Source: Hyaloraphidium curvatum SAG 235-1 (Eukaryota; Fungi; Monoblepharomycota). From it: a DNA stretch of 64,000 nt. Positions 54,223 through 64,000 of the stretch are shown one piece after another. The DNA lies in assembly GCA_025558095.1 (NCBI GenBank), contig JAIVFI010000032.1:1-64000 (forward strand), in the 5' to 3' direction. Made by a program: the position numbers and the translations under genes. How positions within the stretch are numbered: position 1 is the stretch's first letter; each line of letters begins with the position of its first letter. Under the pieces are notes generated by a model. That model saw only the letters and a list, made by a program, of their open reading frames with translations. It had not been told where the DNA came from and searched no databases.

Positions 54223-57200
54223 TCACTTCCTCTCGGGCCCCCCGTGCGCCGCCTCCCTTTGCCGTGCGATGCGCGCCCACAGCCCCTCCTCGAGCGACCG
54301 CTCGTCCGCCAGCACGCCCTTGGCCCTGCGCCGCGCCGCGGGGACCTTGCCCGGGGGCAGCAGAGGGGTGGTGCGCTGCCGCAGCGCGGCCTCGGATCCG
54401 ACGATCACGTTGCGCACGGCGTAGTTTGTGCGCCCGCAGAGGTCCGTCCCGACGAGCTTGATCTCGTAGAAGACGAACTGCTCGTCCGAGGTCAGGCCGT
54501 GCGACTCGACGGTGAAGACGCCGTTCTTGACGCCGGGCATGTTCTCGTAAAAGTGCGTGTGGCACAGGCCGCCCTGGCAGTGGATGAGGTTGACGTACCA
54601 CTGGTACGACGCCTCGGGCAGCGGCTTGTCGTCGTAGGTCATGACGATGCCGGAAAAGACGACCACGTCGCCGACCCCGAAGAGGTTCTTGCTCTCGGGG
54701 TAGGTGATGTCGATGGCGGGCAGGTACGGCGAGTCGGGCCCGCAATACATCTTGGCCTCGGCCCAGTTGAGGAAGTTGAGGCTGGCGTCCATCTGCATCG
54801 CGTTGCCGGCGGGCTTGTACCCATACAGGCCGACGTCCGAGTACCACTCGAGGTTGATCAGGTCGATCGTCTGCGGCAGGTCCCCGGCGCGCATGTAGGT
54901 GCCCATGCGCTCCGAGAGGTTGAAGTGCACCGCGCCGTCCGTCTTGACGACGTACTCGGCGAGCCCGAGCCGGTTCTGCGTCGCCGCGTCGGCCGCGAAC
55001 GAGATGCCCGTCTGGTCGTCTGCGATCGGGGCCGTCAGCGCCTCGCGTGCGGGCGGACCGCGCCGCCAAACACTCACCGAGCCCGACCTCGGCGTAGAGC
55101 CGGTGGCAGTACCCCATCGTCGGCAGATGCACCTCGCTCGTCGTCGCCGTCCCCAGCCCGCGGGTGTACCACACCCCCGCGATGCTCATGATGGTCCCGT
55201 CCAGCGCCTCCTTGGCCCCCACGCTCATGTCGATCTCGACGGGCCCCAGCCCGTTGCGCGCGTACCGCACGTTGGGGAACTTGGGCACGTACATGATCGA
55301 GTCCCACCCGTTGGGCAGCGGGGGCACGGTGATCTTGGGCTTGTCCGAGGGGAAGCACGCCGCGCCCGTGATCACGGGCCCGTTGAGCACCGCGCCGGAG
55401 CCGGGGCCCGTGACGGTGTTGTCCCCCTGGAACGGCAGCGTCTCGTTGCCGCCGGGGGGAATCACCCGGCGGAGCACGCCGTACGAGGAGCACTGCACGC
55501 AGTGCCCGAGCACCCAGAGGTTGCCGTCGGGGCCCATGCGGAACGAGACGGGCTGGTCCATGCCCTGCGCGAGGAGGAGCGGCTTGACCGCCGCGAAGGC
55601 CTGCGAGCCGTTCTGCCGCGCGTCGTACCCGGGCGGCTGCTTGAGGTCTGCCATCACGGACCATTAGCGTCGCATCACCACGTGCATGCACCTCGCAGCT
55701 GCTCACCGTAGTCCCACTCGAGGCAGTACACCCCGCTCCGCACGAAGTCGGCAAACACCCAGCAGTCCCTCCTCTCGCCCTGCCTCTTCTGCGGCGGCCT
55801 CCTCGCCCCGCCGCGGGCCGTCGAGTTGGCCGCGGCCCCCGTGGTCGCGTTGACCCGCGACGCGGTGCCGGCGAGCGTCGAGTTGGTCCGTGCCGTGGCG
55901 GTCGCCGTCGCGCCCGCCGATCCCGACCTCGTGGCGCTGCCGGTGGCCGAAGCGGAGCCGGTGGCAGACTCGGTCGCGGACTCGGTCGCGTTGCCGTTCT
56001 CCCCGTCCGCCACCCTCGTCGGCTCCCCCGTCCCCCCCGTCCCGCCCGTCTCGACCCTCGTCTCGTTGGCCCCCTGGAACCACCACCCCGGCAAAAAGAT
56101 CCCCCCCACGATGGCCGAGGACTGGCCCTTGTGGTCCCACGCGTAGGGCACGGCCTTGTGCGTGAGGGGGAACACAGGGTGCGAGATGCGGGGGTAGCCC
56201 GTCGTCTGGGACTTGTAGAAGGCGGCGCAGGAGGGGTGCTCGTCGGCGGTGACGCGCTTGCCGTTGTACAGGAACCAGGGGGTCTTTTCCGGGCCCTGCG
56301 GAACGCAACCGCGGCGTCAGCAAACCGCATCCAACGCTCCGCCGCCGCGCGGACCCACCTCCCAGCACGGCCATCCCATGTTGCTCCCCTTGGTGATGTA
56401 GTACGCGTTCTCCCACGTGAACCACCCCACGTTGCCGCACAGCAGCTCCGGGTCGGTCCCGTCGGTCCCCGTGTAGGGCACGAACCCGCACCGCCAGGGC
56501 TGCCTGATCCCCGTCGCCCACACCTTGCTCCTGGGGGCATCGGGGTCGCCGTTCCAGAACGGGTTGTCCGACACGCCGCGGCCGGCCTCGTCAAGGCGCA
56601 GGATCTTGCCGGGGAGGTAGTCGAGGTGCATGGGGCCGAGGTAGTCCTGGTCCACCCAGCCGAACCAGTCCGTGCCTTCGAAGGACTGGCCGTCGCCCAT
56701 GGAGACCCAGAGGTGGCCGTCGGGGCCGAATTCCATCCAGTCGATCGAGTGGGTGGAGCCGATCATGGGGATGCAGTCGGCCGAGTAGTACTTGAGCGGG
56801 TTCTGCGGGGTGCCGGGGGCGCAGGAGCCGAGGAGGACGACCTCGGATGTGGGGTCGAGGGTGTCGTTGTTCATGGTGAAGCGCGAGAGGCGGGACCACT
56901 TGGGGCCTGTGGCGGTGCGGGGAAGTGTCAGCAAGGTCACCGGATCGGCGCAGGGGCACCGGCGCGGGCAAGTCCACGGCAGCTGGCGGGCAAGCGGGGA
57001 GCCGCTTCCAGCGCGCAAACACTCCTTCGGAGTTCGCGAGGTTCGCAAGGGGTACCTGACGCAGCGGGGATGCATCCCCGTGCGGCGACTCCCCGCCGCC
57101 AAAACCCCCACGGAGATAGACACCCACCGGGCGTGACGAACGCATCCCCGCCCCAGGTGTCCTTGACGTCGCCGAACGCCTTTGTCGCCACGTCCTTGGT

Positions 57201-57656
57201 CCCCTCCCAGACGTAGCCGACGTAGACCCAATCCTTGCCTGCGCCGGTGCCAAACTCCGGGTGCACGGCGGCCGACACCACGCCCCTGTCGCCGTACGCG
57301 CGGCCGACGAGCGTGGTCAGGTCCGCGGCGATGCCGGTGACCCTGTTGCCCTTGACCATGAGGATCCTGCCCGCCTTCAGGAGGACGAGGATGCGGCCGT
57401 CGGGGAGGAAGACAAAGTCCGTCGCGATGCCGAGGTTGTGCAGCACGTCCATTGTTTTGAAGCCCGGCGGCAGGCCGGTGGGGGCGGCCGCAGCGCGCGG
57501 CAGCGGGACGAGGAGGAGGAGCAGCGCGGCCAGCAGCAGCAGCGGGCGCGCGAGGGCGGCGGGTGCGAATGCGCATCGGCGGGCAGCGTGCGGTGCGGGC
57601 GGGCGGACCCCGGCCGGCCGGTGCCCGGGCAGCGCCGGCGAGTCCTCGGCGGCCAT
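54223..57656 (-). CDS. Secreted glucose/sorbosone dehydrogenase (PQQ-type beta-propeller) with NPCBM domain
   Basis: GLPPGF, FLPDGRILV, DRG..SAAVHPEF, GKILRLD..G.G.SDNPF, WATGIRQPWR, NMGWPCWE; NGLGPVEIDMS.G...DG..MSIAG..YTRGLG (NPCBM); LIHC..GLCHTH; multi-exon. Confidence 0.85.
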
Positions 57657-58721
57657 GGCCGGCCGCCTGCAGTCCGAGTCCGTGCGCGGATGTGCGCGGC
57701 GTGCGGGGGCGGCGGCGGCGGCTGCGCGGGCGCGGGCGCCTGCCCGGCGGCCCGCGCGGCCCGCGGATCCTACGAGGCGCGGCGTCGCGGCGCGGGGAGC
57801 GGAGGCGCGGCGCGGCGACTGCTGGCGGCGGCCGCGGCTGCGGAGGCGGTGTGTTTGTGCGCCGCGGGGGGAAGGGGACCGCCGGCGGAGCGCGGAAGGC
57901 CGCATTCAATAAACCAAACAGGGAAACCGGTGCGCCCCACGCGGCACACACCGCCGAACGGCTCGCCGTTGGTCTACAAGGCGCCCTTTGTATTCAATCG
58001 TCTACATCCGCCGAGTCGGCGCGAAAACACGCCGGTTTGGCTGTTGGGACGATGATGACGGCTGTCCGTGTTTCCAGGGCTCTGCCGTCCGTCCCGGCCT
58101 CCCGAGCCGATCCCGCGCCGCCTACGTTACAGGTCAGGCACCGATCCGTTTCCAGTCATCGGATGACGTGTGTTGGCCCCCCGGTGGACCCCTCCTGTCC
58201 GTTTTGCGGTGAGTCAACCGCATTCGTTTGATTGGCGAGGCGAAGGCGGCGGCTGGAGCAGGGGCCCAATCCGGACGACTGCCGCGTCGATCAGCCAAAA
58301 CCGCACAAAGCGACAGCGCACAGGCACCGGCCGCAGCACCCCTGCGTTCTCCAGAGCCAGCAAGGTCGGTACGCGGGCGACGATGTGCGCGGCGGGGGCG
58401 CCGGAGCCGGAGCCGGCGGTCGGGGTCGGGAGCTCCGCCCCGCGGGGGACGACGGGGCTCCGCTGCCTGCACTCCGCCCCGGGGGGCCCTCGGGCCGCCG
58501 GGCAACCTCGAGGGACCCACGATGGGGCCGTGTGCAATTGGCTGCGGACGGGGACGGCCCGGCGGCGGGGCGATGCGGCGTCCATCGCTCAGGCTCTAAC
58601 CGATTTGCTCGTTTTCGCCCCCCGCATCGGCCCCTCCTCCGCCCTCCGCCGCCCCCGTGCGCCCTCCTACCTTGCATTCCAACCGCCAGGCGCGCCCCCG
58701 CGCGCTGCACCCCCCTCCGCC

Positions 58722-59613
58722 ATGGCGCGCCCGCTCCTCCCGCTGCTCCTCCTCGCCGCCGCCCTGCTGGCCGGCCGCGCCGACGCAAAGGCGTATCCCG
58801 GCTCGGTGCACATCGTCAATGTCGGCGCGGACGGGGAGCTCAAGTTCTGGCCGAGCAAAATGGAGGTCCGCGTGCGGGACACGGTGGTGAGCGTCGGACT
58901 CGGAACGGGGGCGGAAAAGGGGGAAAGGGGTGCGGCGGCGGCGGCGTGCCCGTCATGCGGTGCTTGAAGGCGTCTGCGGTGCATGCGACGCCCGCGATTC
59001 GCTCGGCGTCGCCCGGCACCGGCGCTGCGCGCACGCCCGCCCTTTCCCGCCCCCCTCTCCCCTTCTCCTCGAATCGCCCGCTCACCAACCCCCCCTCCAG
59101 ATCTTCTCCGCCGAATCCGGCATCACCCCCATCTCCCACGTCCCCTCTGCGGGCAGCTGCTCCCCCTCCTCGCCCCTCTTCCAGGGCACCGTCGCCCCCC
59201 CCGGCCTCGCCACCTCCAACCCCGAGACGCTCGACTACACCTTCACCGCCCCCGGCGAGTACCACTTTGCCGCGACGGAGCACTGCGCCGGCGGTTTCCG
59301 CGGGTCGGTCCGCGTGCTCGCCGAGTCGGAAGGGCTGCCCGCGATCCCCGCCGAGTTCGAGGCCGCCACGCCGGTGGACAACGTCCCGCTCCCCGACAAC
59401 GGCGTCATCACCATCGCGCCCAGCACTACCAAGAAGCTCACGCAGCAGACGCCGCCCCCGAACGCGGTGGTGGACAGGCCGGCGGGGAGCACGACGACCG
59501 CCGCGAGGCCGGGGGCGACGACGACCCGGAGCCCGGGCAGCGGCGCCGGGCGCGCCGTGCAGGCGGGCGTGGCGGCCGCGGCCGTGGTGGCAGGTGCGCT
59601 GGCGCTGCTCTGA
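58722..59613 (+). CDS. Secreted, GPI-anchored cupredoxin-fold protein
   Basis: Signal peptide; HIVNVG.DGELKFWP....VRVRDTV|IF, YTFTAPGEYHF...HCAGGF.G.V; intron 58887-59100; Thr-rich stalk and hydrophobic tail. Confidence 0.75.
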
Positions 59614-59818
59614 GCGGTCGATCGGGGGCTTGTGGAGCAGGGTGGGATGGCTTCTTGGGACTCGAAAGGAACCGGCACCTGCCGGACACGGGGGCCCCTC
59701 TGTGGGCCCCGCTTCACCCCATTTGTTTAAATTAGCACGCACACACGAAGCTCGGACATGTAGATTCAACCGCACGATACACGCGATGCACGCGACTTTG
59801 TCCCCGCCTGTCGGGAGA

Positions 59819-60872
59819 TTAGATCTTGGAGGGGAGCGGCGCCGGCGGGCCCCAGTTGGGCTTGCGCTTCTGGGCGAATGCAAGAGGTCCCTCGATGAAG
59901 TTGGACCCGTTGCGCATGGCGACGGCCTGCGTGGTAATTGGGAGGACGATGGATTGGGTCAGCCTCAACGCCTCCTCGATTCCACCACGCCCACGCACCT
60001 CCGGCAGGATGTTGGTGTCCAGGTTGGCCTGCACCCAGCCCACGTTGCGCCCGTTGCGGGCCTGCGCCTTGGACGCGCGCACGCCGTCGGGCGAGTTGGC
60101 GGTGATGAGCTCGGCCCACTCGAGCGCGCGGTCCAGGAGTTTCTGCCCGACCTCGCCATCAGCCCCCGAACCTACGCCGGACGGAACGACCCACCTCGTG
60201 CGGCACAATCTCCTGCACGAACCGGACCTCCTTCATCTCCTGCGCGGACATGTGCCTGCCGGTGAGGATCATGGCCATGGCGTTGTGGTACCCGATCAGG
60301 CGATGCATGTTGGCCGTGCCGCCGGCGCCGGCCGAGAGGCCGACCTTGACCTCGGGGAGGGCGAACTTGGCCTGGTCCGAGGCGAGGATGATCTGTTGGT
60401 GGGGCGGGGGTCGCTTAGATCCGGGGAAGCCGCTGGGAGGAGGGGAAGAGACCCACGTCGCAGGCCATGGCGACCTCGCAGCCTCCGCCCATGGCGATCC
60501 CGTTGACGGCGGCGATGATGGGCTTGTTGCACGTGGTCCTGTCCGTGAGCCCGCCGAACCCTGCTCCCGCCTTTCAGCCCGCCGCGCCGCACCCCGCGGA
60601 CGCCCGGACCCACCGTTGCCGGGCCGCTTGGTGATCGGCTTGCCGCTGCTCATCTCCACGAGGTCGTTCCCCGCGGAGAAGGCGCGCCCGTTGCCGGTGA
60701 GCACCATGACCCAGAGGTCGTCGTCCTTCTCGTAGTAGTCCAGCGTGGTGTACAGGTCGTTGTGCAGGCCCGAGTTGAACGCGTTGAGGTTGGCGGGGCG
60801 GTTCATCTTGACGAGGAGGACGTGCGGGCGGGGGACGGAGAGCTCGACGTTGTCGAGCTTGGGGAGCGGCAT
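59819..60872 (-). CDS. Enoyl-CoA hydratase (CaiD-like crotonase), C-terminal SKI
   Basis: [60 protein letters not shown]; four introns. Confidence 0.9.
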
Positions 60873-61212
60873 CTGCGGCGCACGGGCGCGTCGGCCGGAG
60901 CAGGCGGGTTCAATTTAGCTCCGATGGCGTACCGTGGCGTTCCGGGGCGCGTTTCTGGTCGGATTGGCGAGCGGGAGGCACTCGGGTCGCGGTGTTTTCG
61001 GAGGTCAAGAGCCGAGTCTTGCGGCAAAGAGTCTTCCTAAGCTCAGAAAGCTAATCGTCCGGAATTTCCTGGGATTAACCCTTGCTTGAAACGTCCCCGA
61101 AGTGTCTCCACCCCCACCAGAAGCGCAGAACCGCTCCATTTCGGGAACCATCCCCGCATCGGACACATAAGCAGTCCAAGCGCGCGTTCCGGCGCCGAGT
61201 TTGCCGATCGCC

Positions 61213-62708
61213 ATGTCATACGTGCGCCGGAACTTCGACGACGAACCGGAGCCCCCGAAGGCAGCGCCGCGAGTCGACGCGACGCCTTCCTCCCCGTTTG
61301 CCGTCATCGGCAACGTTGGCTCGCCCTACACCCTCAAGCTCCGGGGCTACCTCCGCTACCGGCGCATCCCGAACGTGTTTATCACGATGAACCCGCAACT
61401 GCGCCAGAAGTACGTGACCAAGGCCCCCGTTATCCCCAAGCTGTTATATCCGGACGGCGAGACGCTGCTGGCGGACAGCACGCCCATGATCCAGAGGCTG
61501 GAGAGGGAGACGGGGCACCTGGGGAGGACCGTGAACCTGCCGGAGCCGTGAGCACTTTCGTGCGCTAGGGCGTGCCAAACCAACCTTGACGCGATCTCCG
61601 GATGCAGGGCGATCCAGTTCCTGGCGCACCTGATCGAGGACTTTGCCGACGAGGTGCGTCTCACGCACGCCGGGAATCCTCCAGGGACAAAGCTGACATA
61701 TCTCATTCCCCTTCGCCTCATTCCCCTCTCGCCTCAAGTGGGTCACCAAGATCATGTTCGCCGCGCGGTGGTTCCATCCGCGGGACCAGCTGTTTGGGCG
61801 GAAGCTGGTCGGCATCGGCAACGCCTTCCCCGAGCGGGCCGAGATCGCAGACCGGTTCGCGACCGAAATAATGAACCGGCAGGTCGGGAGGAACCCGCTC
61901 GTGTTCGGGCCGACCTCCAACATCCACATCATCAACCAGACGTGTGGGTGTCGGGAGCTTGTGCCGCGCACGAGCCTCCTGATTGGCTTGACGTCCTTGC
62001 CAGTCGATGCGGTCATGTCGATCCTCGAAGAGCACCTGGCAAAGGGCCACCACTTTGTCCTCGGCACGCGCACCAGGCCCACGATCGCCGACTTTGCCCT
62101 GTACGGCCAGCTTTACCAGATCTGCGTCATGGATACGACCTATTCTTTGAAGGCGCGGGAGGAGTACGCGGGGCGGGCCTTCTTGTACTGCTTGCGGTTG
62201 GACGACCTGAGCGGGCTGGGATTTGGTTCTTCCGCGACGCCTGAGGAGCCCAAGGTGCGTGCTTCCTTCATCGAAACAAATAGCATCACACATGCTGACC
62301 TCGACCGCAGATCACCTCCCTTCCGCCGACGACTCTGCAGCTGATCCGGCTCGTCGGCCAGCTCTACATCCCCTTCCTCCTCGCCAACGAAAAGGCATGT
62401 CGGACGGAGGGTGCCGACAAGGTACCGTTCAAGGTGACCTTCGGCGACGACTGGGCGAGTTACACCGGAGTAAGTGCTCCCATGCGGCATGTAGATGGTT
62501 GCTAAAGGTTCTCCATCGGTGCTAGAATGCGTTCAGGTATCAACACAAATGCTTGCTATGGCTGCGAGAGCACCTCGCGCACGCGCTACGGACGGCGAGC
62601 TACGAGAACCGGACCGCCCTCGAATCGATCCTCAAGGACGCCGGATGCTGGGACGCCCTCGTGTACGGCGAGGAGGGGATAATGGAGGGCGAAAAGGTGA
62701 AGCTGTGA
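61213..62708 (+). CDS. Glutathione S-transferase-like protein, C-terminal VKL
   Basis: GSPYTLKLRGYLRYRRIP, IPKL, DSTPMIQRLE, LIEDFADE|W, PTIADFALYGQL, YQHKCL.WLR; five introns. Confidence 0.82.
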
Positions 62709-62734
62709 TCGTGTATCTACTGTCTAGAGGTCTT

Positions 62735-64000
62735 CTAGAGCTTGGCACCTGCACCGCCGCCTTTGAGCTGCTCTACCACGCCCTCTGAATTCATCCTCCT
62801 GAGAATCTGTTCCCGTAGCTCTGGAAAAGCTCGTGAGATGTAATCCGAAACGTTGATGAGCGAGGGAACCAACCATTCTTCTTGAGCTTCCCGTTCTGAT
62901 TCCGAGGAAGCCCGGCATCGTCTCCCTCGCCGATCCTCACGTCCACGTAGACCGGGACGGAGAACGCCGGAAGCAGCGTTCGGCAGAACTGCCTGATCGA
63001 TTCCGAGGTCGGCAGAGCCGTCGTCCGCCTGACCACGACGGCAGCGACGGGGAGCTCGCCGAGGGTAATGCCCGGATCGGGGATACCAATCGCGCCCTGC
63101 AGGCCCGGCGTCTCGTCAAATTCTGAACAGTCAGTTGACAAGCAGAACACTCACGGCATCCCAGACTCCGGGAAGCCTGTAAAGGGCTTCTTCGATCGAC
63201 ACAGTGTAGATGTTCTGGACGGGTTCAGTTAGTACAAGCCGTTCCGAATAAACGGAAGCCTCACCTCGCCCCCTCGCACTATCATCTCCTTGCTTCGATC
63301 TACTAGGTACACAAAACCCTCCTTGTCGATGTAGCCGACGTCCCCTGTCGAATCGGGGCGCATCAGATGCTCCAAACAAGATCTGGCGCAGATCCACCCA
63401 CCCGTGTGGAACCAACCGCCACGGAAGGCCCGCTTCGTCGCCTCGGGATTCTTGTAGTACTCCTGCGAGGCCCGTCAGCCGCCGTCCCATGCTCGGTACC
63501 TCTTCTCACTAACCTTGATCACATTTGCTCCGCGGAAGCACAGCTCACCAACTTCACCGACGGGCACCTCGCGATCCTGGTGATCGGGGGAGACAGAGTC
63601 CCAGTCGGTGATCTCGACGACTGCGAGGAGGGAGTCTTCAACGAACGGCACGTAAGCTTGGCCTGTTGACTCACTCTTCATCTCCGAGACGGGATTGAGC
63701 TTTCCCACGGAGCCTGGGTGGGTCAGGTAGTCATCTCCAGCGATCGAAACATTGTTCGAGCTCTCGGTCAGGCCGTCTGTCACGGACGATGGTCAGCACG
63801 TCCAGCCAAAAGAAGATCTTTCAGACCAACATCCTTGTCCAATTGAGCAGCCCGGGAAGACTTCGCGCAGCTTGTCAACGAGCGCCGCAGGGCAAGGTGC
63901 GCCGCCATAGCTGAGGGAGGTCACGCACGAAAGGTCCATCTCCTGTCCAGAGCGCTTGGCCTTTTCGATCGCGTCGAGGATGTTGTAGAACATCGTCGGC
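62735..64000 (-). CDS. AMP-binding acyl-CoA ligase, 3' part (5' end outside the window), C-terminal AKL
   Basis: YGGAP, QG|YGLTES, GSVGK, GELCFRG, WFHTG|[15 protein letters not shown]|NIY, LPRN.NGKL.K; last exon ends GGAGAKL-stop. Confidence 0.9.

Noticed and set aside
58232-60265. 677-aa plus-strand ORF
   Set aside because: Low-complexity Arg/Pro/Ala translation overlapping two well-supported genes.
1-64000. Prokaryotic interpretation (operons, CRISPR, defence systems, frameshifted pseudogenes)
   Set aside because: Frame breaks coincide with GT...CTGAC...AG introns, eukaryote-specific genes are present, and no repeat-spacer array was seen.
1-64000. tRNA, rRNA or intact transposase/reverse transcriptase
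   Set aside because: No cloverleaf, rRNA-like segment or DDE/RT motif was recognised by eye; tRNAscan/Infernal would be needed to exclude small RNAs.

Overview
Eukaryotic, very GC-rich (roughly 70% by eye), gene-dense DNA with many short spliceosomal introns (about 50-65 nt; GTGxGx donor, CTGAC/CTCAC branch, YAG acceptor). A Zn2Cys6 transcription factor and an SPX-EXS (SYG1) gene identify it as fungal; an early-diverging, Monoblepharidomycete/chytrid-like lineage is my inference from composition. About 32 genes or gene relics were reconstructed by hand across introns, and most long ORFs in the supplied track are GC-driven shadow frames. Main finding: a locally expanded family of 7-TM proteins (four intact copies plus one relic) whose topology and TM7 motif fit the insect OR/GR-like 7TM ion-channel (7TMIC/DUF3537) superfamily, with a family-specific H-x5-CxC-x2/4-C loop. 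Other highlights: a glycan-decoration cluster (fucosyltransferase-like, sulfotransferase, GT61, possible SGNH); a head-to-head pair of ABCG half-transporters; a secreted Cys-rich protein fused to an Erv/ALR sulfhydryl oxidase; a run of PTS1-tagged acyl-CoA enzymes; bacterial-type genes; and a recurring C-rich to G-rich sawtooth within exons. No rRNA, tRNA, CRISPR or intact transposon was recognised. All family assignments come from motif recognition, not database searches.
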